Positions 11,338-21,665 of a stretch of DNA of 35,589 bases are shown here, piece after piece. The notes beneath the pieces were generated by a model that saw nothing but the letters and a program-made list of their open reading frames with translations, searched no databases and was not told the origin of the DNA. The stretch's first letter is position 1. The number at the start of each line of letters is the position of its first letter. Both the position numbers and the translations under genes were made by a program. Origin of the DNA: Malacoraja senta (taxonomy: Eukaryota); contig JAXLNO010000368.1 of assembly GCA_038087875.1 (NCBI GenBank), forward strand, positions 1 through 35,589, given 5' to 3'.

Positions 11338-11872
11338 CCATAGAGTCATACGGCATGGAAATGGGCCCTTTGCCTCAACTTGGCCATGCCAAACAAGATG
11401 CCATGTTTAAACTACAATTTTCCAGCAATTGACCCATATCTCACTGAACCTTTCCTATCTACAGTATGTACCTGTCCAAGCGTGTTCTAAATGTTTTTAG
11501 TACCTGCCTCAACTCCTTCCCCTGGAATGTTCTTCCATATTTCCACTTCCTCTGGTTCTGAGTAACTCGTTTCCTTCTCACCTTAAACTTAAGTTCTCTG
11601 GTTCTTGATTACACAAGGCTGGTTAAAAGATTCTGTGCATTCAATCTATCTATGCTCCTTGATTTTATAAAGTTCTATAAGATCACCCCTCAGCCTCTTG
11701 CGTGCCAAGGACTGAAGTCCAAGCATTCTCATCCTCTCCCTGAATCACAGGCCCTGTTAATGACATCCTTCCGATAGTAGAGTGACCAAAACTTAACACA
11801 ATACTCCAAATGTGGCCTCACCAACTTCTTGTACAACTGTAGCAGAACATCCCAACTTTTTTATTCAGTACC
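11338..11872 (-). mobile_element. CR1-like LINE 3' fragment abutting the L1 poly(A) end
   Basis: Similar to 19613-19875 (tgtacctgtccaag...ctcaccttaaac) and continues into an inverted ORF2 C-terminus (agatcacccctcag, caatactccaaatgtggcc). Confidence 0.7.
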
Positions 11873-12346
11873 TTTCTTTTTAAATCTTTTTATGTTTTTT
11901 TTCCAAAAAACTAAAACAAAAATAAAACATAAAAAACAGAGCAAAAAGAATAATGATAAACATAACAATGGTATTGATACATAGGGATCAGGATTAAACA
12001 CATTAATAACAGGTATAACCTAATATGAGACCAGTGTCAAAATACACCTCTCGGTCTTTATGTAAATGTAGTTAAATCTTTAAAAGGAAACATAAATGAT
12101 TTAAAAAAGCAAAGATAAAAAGACAAAAAGAAAAAGAAAAAACAAAACCCCCCTAAACTAAAAAATAAATAAAAAAATTGATAATAATAAAATAAGAATA
12201 CAAATAAAATAAATAAATAAATAAAACAAAACAGAGCAAAACCGAATCTGAACTGAGAAATTCAACAATTTCAGTCTGTTTGTCGTCAAGTCCGTTTCAC
12301 CCTATGAAGGTAAAATAATTTTTATAAAGGTTAAAGAGGGAACAAT

Positions 12347-15300
12347 TTATGTTGTATGAAAGTGTTCTATAAATTTTCCCCAAGTCTTATCAAATTTAAC
12401 CAAGGGTTCAACAATGTCACTTCTGATTTTTTCTAAATTTAAACATGATATCGTTTCAGAGGTCGGAGAGTTGGAATCTTTCCATTTAAAGAAAATAAAT
12501 CTTCTGGCAATTAATGTGGTAAAAGCAATCAACCGATGGGCGGAGTGGGACAAATGAATAGAATCTAACATTGGTAACCCAAAAATTGCAGTAATAGGAT
12601 GAGGTTGAAAATCTATACCTAAGACTACCGAAATAGTATCAAAAATGTATTTCCAATTTTTTTCGAAAAGAGGGCAGGACCAAAACATATGGGTCAGTGA
12701 TGCCACTTCAGAGTTACATCTGTCACAGGTAGGATTTATATGACCATAAAAACGAGCTAACTTATCTTCTGACATATGAGCTCTGTGGACCACCTCGAAT
12801 TGTATCAAAGCGTGTCTTGCACACATTGAAGAGGAATTAACTAATTGAAGGATCCTCTTCCATTTCTCTATAGATAAAGAAATTTGGAGTTCTCTTTCCC
12901 AGTCATTCTTAATTTTATCAAATGTATCTATTTGCAATTTTAAAATCAACTCATGATTAGTCGTTATTAATCCTTTCTGATAAGGGTTCAACTGTAAAAC
13001 AAATTCCAAAATTTCGGGTTGATGTGGGAGCGGAAAAAGGGGTAGTTCCTTTTGTCTAATTTGTAAATATCTAAAAAAGTGTGAATTAGGTAAGTTATAT
13101 TTATTGGAGAGTTTTCGAAAGGCATAAAACAACCCTCCAAAAACAAATTACGAAAAGCTACTAATCCCTTCCTCTTCCATAACAAAAAAACTTGATCAGT
13201 ACTAGATGGTTGGAAGAGAAATTTGGATAAAATCATTGAGTCCAAAAAACGTATGAAATTGAAACCGTATTCGGAACGTATGTCTTATTATTGGGTTCAT
13301 CATATGTTTATTCAATCTCGTAATTGTAAAAGGTAACGAGGCCCCTTGAATAGAAGCCAATTATAGACCTTGTAAGGAATCACATTCTAGGTTTATCCAT
13401 CCAGGGCATTGGGTATCTTCTAAATCTTTTGTCCAAAATGTTAAATAACGAACATTGACTGCCCAATAGTAGAGTCTAAGGTTCGGCAATGCCAAACCAC
13501 CAACTTTTTTTGATTTCTGTAGGTATTTCTTACCTAGTCTGGGATTTTTATTCTGCCATATATATGAAGAAATTTTAGAGTCTATAGCATCAAAGAAAGA
13601 TTTGGCAATAAAAATTGGTATCGTCTGAAATAAATACAGAAATGTAGGTAAAATGAACATTTTAATAGCATTGATTCGGCCAATTAAGGATAAGGACATT
13701 GGTGACCATTTAGTGAACTGATGTTTAATATGGTCAATTAAAGGAATAAAATTAGCTTTAAATAAATCCCTGTGTTTCTTGGTGATCTTAATACCTAAAT
13801 AAGTAAAACTTTCGGTAGTCAATCTAAATGGAAGCTGTCCATAACTCGAAACAAATTTATTTAATGGAAAAGCTCACTCTTACTAAGATTTAGTTTATAA
13901 CCAGAAAAACTACTGAATTGATTAAGTAATGCTACTATTGCCGGAATAGATTTCTCAGGGTTAGAAATAAATAATAACAGATCATCTGCATAAAGAGATA
14001 GCTTATGTGTCTTATTCCCGCGGACAATACCAAAAATATTAGGGGATTCCCTAATAGCAGTGGCTAAAGTTTCCAAAGCAATATCAAATAGTAAAGGACT
14101 TAAGGGACAGCCCTGTCTAGTACCTTGAAAGAGCCTGAAAAAAGGGGATCTCTGATTATTAGTAAATACAGAAGCCTGAGGTATAAGATATATCAGTTTG
14201 ATCCAAGAGATAAATTTTGGACCAACCTTAACTTTTCAAGTATATTGAATAAGTATTCCATTCTACTCTATCAATAACCTTCTCGGCATCAAGTGAGATG
14301 ACACATTCTGGGGTTTTATTAGACGCTGTATGTACAATATTTATTAATCTCCTAACATTAAAGAATGAGTAACGATTTTTAAAAAAACCTGTCTGATCTT
14401 CAGAGATAATTTGCGGTAAAATCTTTTCTAATCTCATAGCTAATATTTTGGAAAGAATTTTAAAATCTACATTTAACATTGATATAGGTCTCTATGATGT
14501 CACTTCAGTAGGGTCTTTATCTTTTTTTTTAATTAAAGAAATAGAAGCTTCATAAAAAGTTTGTGGTAATCTATTCCTTAAAAAAGGCTTCTTTAAATAC
14601 CTTGCATAGCCGTGGAGGCAATAAATTTGAGAAATACTTTAAAAATTCTACTGTAAACCCATCTAAACCGGGAGTTTTACCAGAATTTATTGAAAAAATT
14701 GCTTTCTGTATTTCTTCTTCCGTGATAGGTTCATCTAACAACAGAGACTCATTGTATGGTAAATTTGGTAAGTTCAGTTTCTTTAAAATCTCATGCATTA
14801 TATTGGAATCAGTAGGAAAATCTGATTGGTATAGGGAGGTATAAAATTCCTGAAAGGATTTATTAATTTCGTCATGGTCTACATTTACTGTAACATCCCG
14901 TTTACTCACTTTAGTAATCTGACTCTTGGCCGACACTGCTTTCAATTGATTATCAAGTAATTTACCAGATTTATGCCATTTATATAAAATTTACTTTTGG
15001 TTTTAAGTAACTGGTTCTCAATCGGTGATACTAATAACAAATCATATCTCAATTGAAGTTCAACTCTATTCTTATAGAGCTCTAAACTAGGAGCTTTTGA
15101 ATATTTTTTATCAATTTCTTTAATCTCGTCAGGCAATGTGTGTATTTCTTTTTGTGTTTGTTTTTTTAATCCCGCGGAGTATGAAATAATTTTTCCATGA
15201 ATATATGCCTTAAAAGCATCCCAAACTATATCATTGGATATCTCTTCATTAGAGTTTGTCAAGAAGTAAAAAGCAATCTGATCTTTCATAAACTTAATAA

Positions 15301-16089
15301 AGTTTGTCTTGAAGCAAAGTAGCATTAAATCGCCATTGTTTAGCACTAAACTTGGAATCAGGTAGTTTGATCAATAGTTTCACTGTTGCATGATCAGAAA
15401 TAGCAATTGTATCATACTCACATGCAATGACCGATGGAACTAGCCAAGAATCTAGTATAAAATAGTCGATCCTAGAATAACTATGATATACATGAGAGAA
15501 AAATGAAAATTATTTGTCATTTGCGTGTAAGAATCTCCAAATTTCTAACATTCCCGAGTCCAGTAAAAAAGAATTAATAAAATTAGCTGATTTATTTGGA
15601 AGCACATGATCAGATGTAGACCTATCAATCGAGGGATTCAAACAGCAATTGAAGTCTCCACCCATTATTAAAAAGTGTTCATTTAAATTAGGAAAGGATG
15701 CAATTAACTGTTTAAAAAACTCAGGGTGATCAATATTTGGTGCGTAGACATTCACCATAGCGACTTTTTGCCTATAAAGGACACCGGTAATCACCAAGAA
15801 TCTACCATATGGATCAGAAATTGTTTCATGGTGAACAAACGGAATTGAGGGGGTCGATAAAAATAGAGACTCCTTTCCCCTTAGCTTGTGAATTTGAATG
15901 AAACTGCTGTCCTCTCCAAAACTTGAAAAATCGTTACTTGTCATCTTGCCTTACATGAGTTTCCTGAACAAAGATAATCTGAGCATTTAGTCTGTGAAGA
16001 ACTTTTTTTTAAAAATCCTCTTAATGGGATGGTTCAAGCCATTCACATTCCATGAAAGGAACTTTATCCATATTGCTTGTAAAAATCAT
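12347..16089 (-). pseudogene. L1 ORF2 (APE endonuclease - reverse transcriptase - C-terminal CCHC), multiply frameshifted
   Basis: SWNVNGLN and QETH near 16060-15955; NVYAPN and MGGDFN; KTPGLDGF; LDAEK; LYADDLLL near 13990; CDRCNSEVASLTHMFWSC near 12700. Broken into more than 8 ORF pieces. Confidence 0.93.
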
Positions 16090-16645
16090 GTGGGATGTAA
16101 TGGGTTAATTTCTTGAAGCCTGAAAGATCATAATACTGGAAGAAGAAAAATCTAGGGCGGAGCCAGGTGACGACATTTCAGCCAATTTTGTAGTTCAGAG
16201 TTTGCACAAATGGAGATCACTATATAGGGAACAGAAGACCCCTCCCCCTCCCCCTCCCACCCCTGTAGAACCCCAAACTGACCAAAAGACAGTCAGCAAA
16301 CTACCTAATCCCCTCCCCGATCCCATCTCTCCCAGTAACAGCGCTCAGCATAAAATGGATAATATTTAACCACTACGTCATAGCACATTCGTTATTATCT
16401 CTTTGAGAGAGAAGAAAAAAAATACAGACTGGCATGGAATGCTGCTTATTATTATCCAAGGTCAAGATATGAAAAAGAAGAACTGCGTTCTCTTAGTTTG
16501 TCCAACGACAGGGGAACACGAATTAACAAAGAAATTCTTAAAAGAATATATATAAAAGAAAAACAACACGTCCAGTTAAATTCTTAATCATTACCAAACG
16601 AAATGTTGTCAACATAGGAACAGTAAATCTCCAATTATAACTTAA

Positions 16646-17518
16646 TCAGCTATCAATTACTCCCCTTCCTCGTCGTAGCTCTTCAGACGCAGCTGGAGGC
16701 GTCTTGAGGACTGATAAAAAATCGAAAGTTACCATTGAAAAGCCGAATACGCAATCTAGCTGGTGATAATATAGCTGGGCGCAGTTTTTCTTATATAAAT
16801 CAGACATTACATTATAAAAAGTATTTCTTATTTCCAAAAGCTCGTAACTATAATCAGGGACAAACCGAAACTTACACACTTCATATTCAACCACACCCAA
16901 CTTTTTTGCTGCCTGGAGAATATTCTCCTTCATTTGAAAAAAATGAAACCAAATGATCAAGTGTCTCGGTTTATTACCGGATTTCTTCCCAATCCTGTGT
17001 GCGTTATCCATGAACGGAAGGTTTTCATTGTGCTCAATGTTGAATGTTTCCTTTATCATTTTAGAAGCAAATTTTATAACGTTATTTCCTTCTTGGCCTT
17101 CCGGCAAACCAACAATTCGTCAATTCAAACGATGGCTTCTGTTTTCTAAGTCCATATTTTTAGACTTGTATTGCTGAAGTGCTCGAGTGTTTTCATTCAT
17201 TCTCCGTTCCAATTTTTCAATCTTCAAATCTCACTCCTTTCCCTGGGTGCGCAAGATATCAATTCGATCATTTTGTTCACGAAGTTCATCTTGTAACAAA
17301 GACAGTTTTCCTTGGACTTCCTTCAATTTGGTCGAAACTCCTTTCACCATTTCTTCCAAACTGCCAAATCTTGTTTTCATTTCATTTTTCAGCTCATTTT
17401 TCAATTCATCGTTCATTTTCGATATTGCTTCTATGATGATGGAATCAGAAGCTGCAGCTGTGGTTGTGGCGTTCCCCAATTCCTTCTTTGGGGATCCTCC
17501 TTTCCTTCTTGTCTCCAT
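16646..17518 (-). pseudogene. L1 ORF1 (coiled coil plus Transposase_22-like RRM/CTD), disrupted
   Basis: METRRKGG at 17518; heptad-rich segment ISKMNDELKNELKNEMK...LKEVQGKL; then RIVGLPEGQE, AHRIG..KPRHLII, RFVPDYS. Stop and frameshift near 17230-17130. Confidence 0.88.
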
Positions 17519-18212
17519 CCTTTTCACGATTAAGGCGTGTAAAAGTGTTATCAACACGTTATGAACAGTTAGACGGTGTCTTGAAGTCAAATAGTCACCA
17601 GTAACATTGAAAGAGTGGTAAGTGGAAGTTAAAAGTTAAGGGAGAAAACGAGTTTGCAACCTTACAGCATGCTGCCACAAGGAGAGTCTAGCTATTGACA
17701 TGTTATTGATGTTCATGATTATTCTGTTCTTTGTGCCTGGCCATTTTGACTTTGTCACATTTTACTTGGTTTATGATATTGTACAAGATTTGCAATCACA
17801 CCTCCCAATTGACTAAAATTATCCCAATTAACTAAATGCCTACTATGGCATTTAAATTATTGCATTATATTCAGTCCAGGGTAGAAGCTGCAGTTTTTTA
17901 AAAAGGGCAAGTTTTTATTACATACTATGTGGTGTGTGCCTGGAAAGCACTGCCAGCGATGGTGGCGTCTGGGGTGCACCTTCGTGGTGCATGGAGATGC
18001 AGGGGTTTGAGGGACATGGATCATTTACAGGCAGATGCTGCCTAACTGGTGTCTGTCCGACTGATCTGGACGGATCTGATGGTCAGGCAGGGAATATTTA
18101 CAGTGACCCAATGGTGCTGAGTTCGTTGAATTTTACGGTGAATGGGAATGCCCCTGTAATAGAGGAACAGGTCCTTTGTCCAACAACGTTTGTGCTGAAC
18201 ATGACGCAACAT

Positions 18213-18450
18213 GAGGCAGAGTGGCGCTGCTGATAGAGCTGCTGCCTCAGTGCGTCATACACATCAGTTCAATCCTAACCTCGCTTGTCGGCTGTGTGAA
18301 GTTTGCATGTATTCCCTATGACCGCATGGGTTTCCACTGTCCTCCAGTTTTCACACACATACTAAAGATACCAGGTTTTATGGGTTAATTGGTCTCTGTA
18401 ATTTGACCCTAGTGTGGAAGCGAAAGTTAGATAACATAGAACTTGTGTGA
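18213..18450 (+). mobile_element. V-SINE copy
   Basis: gagtggcgctgctgatagag head, gttcaatcc B-box-like, gtttgcatgt...cgcatgggtttcc core. Confidence 0.7.
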
Positions 18451-18474
18451 ACGAAACTATTTGAAGGAGTATTG

Positions 18475-18725
18475 AGTTTTTTGTTTAGTTTGGAGAGAGA
18501 GCATTGAAACATACACTTCGGCCCCACTGAGTCCGCACCAACCAACGATCACCCACATAAGCTAGGGACACAAGTCAATTAACCTACAAACCTGCACACC
18601 TGTCTTTGGAATGTGGGAGGAAACTGGAGCACCTGGAGAAAACCTATGCAGTCACAGGGAGAAGGTACAAATTCCGTACAGACATCACCCGTGGTCAGGA
18701 TCAAACCCAGGTGCTGGCGCTGTGC
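18475..18725 (-). mobile_element. V-SINE copy, tail-to-tail with the previous one
   Basis: aacctacaaacctgcac...tttggaatgtgggaggaaactggagcacctggagaaaacc is the inverted V domain. Confidence 0.8.
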
Positions 18726-18857
18726 CTTTATATCTGGAAGGAAGATGTTATGTGGGATGAATCAACAGTTAAAGTGAATAAACTAGTTGCATCTTTCTGA
18801 GTTCTGTTCTCTGCTATGACATTTCTTTGTTGTCTAATATTTAAATTCCTTCCTCAG

Positions 18858-18898
18858 ATTATCAAAATATTCAACCAAAGCAGAACGTGCACTGCTAA
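18858..18898 (+). CDS. Putative terminal (cytoplasmic tail) exon of the MHC class I-like gene
   Basis: Branch-like CTAAT, pyrimidine tract ttccttcctc and AG at 18856-18857. A phase-1 join to the TM exon gives ...WWRKKRR-DYQNIQPKQNVHC-stop (TAA 18896-18898). ATTAAA at 18931 and AATAAA at 18950 follow. No transcript evidence. Confidence 0.6.
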
Positions 18899-18930
18899 CC
18901 AATCGCTGAGTAGAAGATTTCATGGGTGTG

Positions 18931-18955
18931 ATTAAAATGCAGGAACTGAAATAAA
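18931..18955 (+). promoter_or_regulatory. Candidate polyadenylation signals (ATTAAA, AATAAA)
   Basis: Hexamers 33 and 52 nt after the putative stop codon. Confidence 0.45.
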
Positions 18956-19612
18956 TGGAAAGAGTTAAATTAAGTTTATCAAACATGACAGAAATTCTCA
19001 ATAGACTGCCCTGCATTTGTACAAATTAGAGCTATCTAGCAATTTATGTTGATAACAACTGATATGACTGAGGCCTCGACTCCTTTACTGTGCTTATTCC
19101 ACATAAGACACAATTCCCTGTTCTTTTAGAATATACCCATGCATTATCCATCAATTCACCACCACATCATGCCTCTTTAATACATTCATAAGGTTAACTC
19201 TGTTTCTTGTCATCTCCAAGGAACAGAACCAGTGATTTCAGCCATTCATGGTTAGGCAACACTTGCTTATTCCAGAAATCTCTTCTAGCTGATATCAAAT
19301 ATTAATATATCCTTTCTGAAATTTGAGGACCAAGCTGTGCACAGTGATCCTGATTTGTCCTTAGCAACATCATGTTCCATAATTACAATAGTAACCTACC
19401 TTTGAATGCTAATCACCTTCTGAGTTGTGTGCTGCATCTACCTGCTGGCTTTTTGTTTTGCACTTTAAGCACTTGAATCTCTTGTACTCCACTCATTTGC
19501 TATCTCACTCCATTTAGATAATAGCTTCTTTCGAATTGCTCTTACCAGAGTGTGTGAGCACATATTTTCCATTATTAAACTCCATTTGCCATGTTTATGT
19601 TCATCTAACAAT

Positions 19613-20615
19613 GAGTCATGGAGCCATATAGCATGGAAGTAGGTACTTCAGCCCTAATGCTCCAAGCTGAACAAGATGCTACATTTAGGTTAGTCACATT
19701 TGCCAGCGTTTGGCCCACATTCCTCTCAACATGTTCTATCCATGTACCTGTCCAAGTGTCTTTTCAATGTTGTTATTCTACCTTCGCTGGCAGCTCATTC
19801 CATACACCCAGTAACCTCTTAGTAGAAAAGGTTGCCTCTCAGGTTCCTACTAAATCTTCCTCCTCACCTTAAACCCAGGGGTGCAGTGCTGCCGGAGCTC
19901 ACCTGAGCACTGATCCGGCACCTCTGTTCAAGAAAAAATAAACAGCGTGGAATTTTAACTAGCGGATGTGTGGTCGGGGTACCCTGATTAAAAGAGGGGT
20001 AAGGTGAAGATCCATCACTACTGAGGTTCCCTGTAGGAGGGGGGGACACTATGATGCAGCAGAGTCAGACCATGTGATGTGTGCATCGTTTGTCGTTGTG
20101 GGCCTGGAGCTGAGCCTGGAACTCTGGTGGGTGGGTGAGTGGGTGGATGTGTAGATAAATGAGTGTGAGGGTGAGAGTGTGTGTGTGTGAGTGTGTGTGT
20201 GAAGGCCCAGAGCTGCAGGATAGTCAGGGCGAGTTGGTGTCTTGCCGGCACCTCTGTAAAAATACATGATAACCGTATTTTTCTTTACTTGCTTCATAAT
20301 TATATTTCATGATAATCAGTGAGTGCAACCGTGCAATATTTTGTCATAATTAAATTAAGTATTATATGCTTTAATGTACTAGCTATACACTGGGATGTAG
20401 TAATAGGCTATAATCTTGTTTGACCCTCTAGGGAGACTAGCTTGCCCCCCCCCTCCCCCAGCAAAATCTGAAATGCCCCTGTTTGACAGATCCGACACCT
20501 AAAAAATTAGCATTGAACACTGCTTAAACCTGTTTTTGCTGGTTCTTGATTACCCTACCCTGGGTAAAATAAATCCTGATCAATCGCCCTCATGATTTTA
20601 GAAAGCTCTCTAAGC
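19613..20615 (-). mobile_element. CR1-like 3' fragment split by a hAT-like insertion
   Basis: 19613-19875 ends ...ctcaccttaaacc and resumes at 20523 with cttaaacctg...ctggttcttgatta, matching the uninterrupted copy at ~11580-11615. Confidence 0.75.
19876..20522. mobile_element. Non-autonomous hAT-like element, 647 bp, 8-bp TSD
   Basis: CTTAAACC at 19868-19875 and 20523-20530; CAG...CTG termini; imperfect TIR caggggtgcagtgct / cagtgttcaatgct; subterminal motif ccggcacc repeated; internal (GT) microsatellite. Confidence 0.8.
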
Positions 20616-20699
20616 TCTCTAAATGGTTTCAATTATAGATAGAGTAAGACTTTGTGGTTATTTCCAACAAGAATTTTAGACTAAAGAAAGGGCAGTGGA

Positions 20700-21470
20700 A
20701 GTACTTGGTCAAACAGCATCTGTGGAGGCAAATGACATATACCAACATTTCAAGGTAAGGCACTGCATTAGAATTGAAGGAGAGGATGGGAAGATTCTAA
20801 CAGTTTGAAGGAGGAATGGAGCAGAGGCTGGTAAGTGGCAGGTGGAATAAGCTGGGGAGGGGATGATGGGCAGATGGAGCAAAGTTGGTGTATGGGTGGT
20901 TGTGGGAGAACAAATGAACACCAGTGGTATGGATAAGCTGAAATGTGAAAACTTTATATTCATACCATCGGCTTATGTTACCCAGGGGGATTATCAGATA
21001 TTATACTTAAAACTTTCTGTGCCCAAGGTTAACGACAGATGGGTCAGTGTGAGAGTGGGAAGGGGTATTAAATACGATACAACAGATCTCAGGATGATCT
21101 TTACTTCAAAGGGATGTGCTCTACAAAATGGTTGACATCTAAGCTAGTTTCTCCACAGTGTGAGCAATGAAAGCAGTAGAGAAAGTTGAAAGAGATGCAA
21201 GTGAACCTCTGTCTCATTTGAACAGTTTATTCTCCTGTTGTTCACCTCTTCCTCCTCCTCTCCTACCTGTTTCCAGCTACCCATTATCCTCTTCCCACCT
21301 GGTTCTACTTTGATCTACCAGCCTCTGTCCTATTCCTCCCTGATTGCTATATATTGGCAATCCATCCTCTTCCCTAACAGGCCTGGTGCAGGTTCTTGAC
21401 CCTATTTGTGACATCAATCATTTGTCCCAATAATTTGCTTGAGCCATTGAATGCTTTCAGTCTTTTGTTT
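20700..21470. mobile_element. Old Penelope-like (GIY-YIG C-terminus plus tail) remnant, with inverted tail copy
   Basis: Minus strand reads ADGMNIKFSHF (~20975-20935), resembling the DGMNIxFSxF end of elasmobranch Penelope-like ORFs as I recall them. A pyrimidine-rich + strand tail lies at ~21230-21470. Confidence 0.5.
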
Positions 21471-21665
21471 TTAGTTGCAGATTCCATTAGCTACAGTCAT
21501 TACTGGATAGAATATATGTTGTTTTAACACTGCATTTAGTCTGAGCCACAGCACCAATAAATGTTGTTACATAACGCTTGGTTATTTGATGATGTCAAAA
21601 GTCTTGATTGTTTGTACTTTGTACATTTCTAATCTAATGCAAAGAATTTATCATCCATCTATCTA

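Larger units (their letters stand above)
11873..17688 (-). mobile_element. Near full-length, decayed L1-clade LINE (~5.8 kb)
   Basis: Minus-strand order: 5' UTR, ORF1, ~550-bp spacer, ORF2 (EN-RT-CCHC), A-rich 3' UTR and tail (T-rich on + strand from 11873). No TSD found. Confidence 0.93.

Noticed and set aside
17934-18233. 99-aa ORF (…GNIYSDPMVLSS…) as a possible MHC cytoplasmic exon
   Set aside because: No convincing splice acceptor in the required phase. It starts in repeat-like sequence and ends inside a SINE. The 18858 exon has much better signals.
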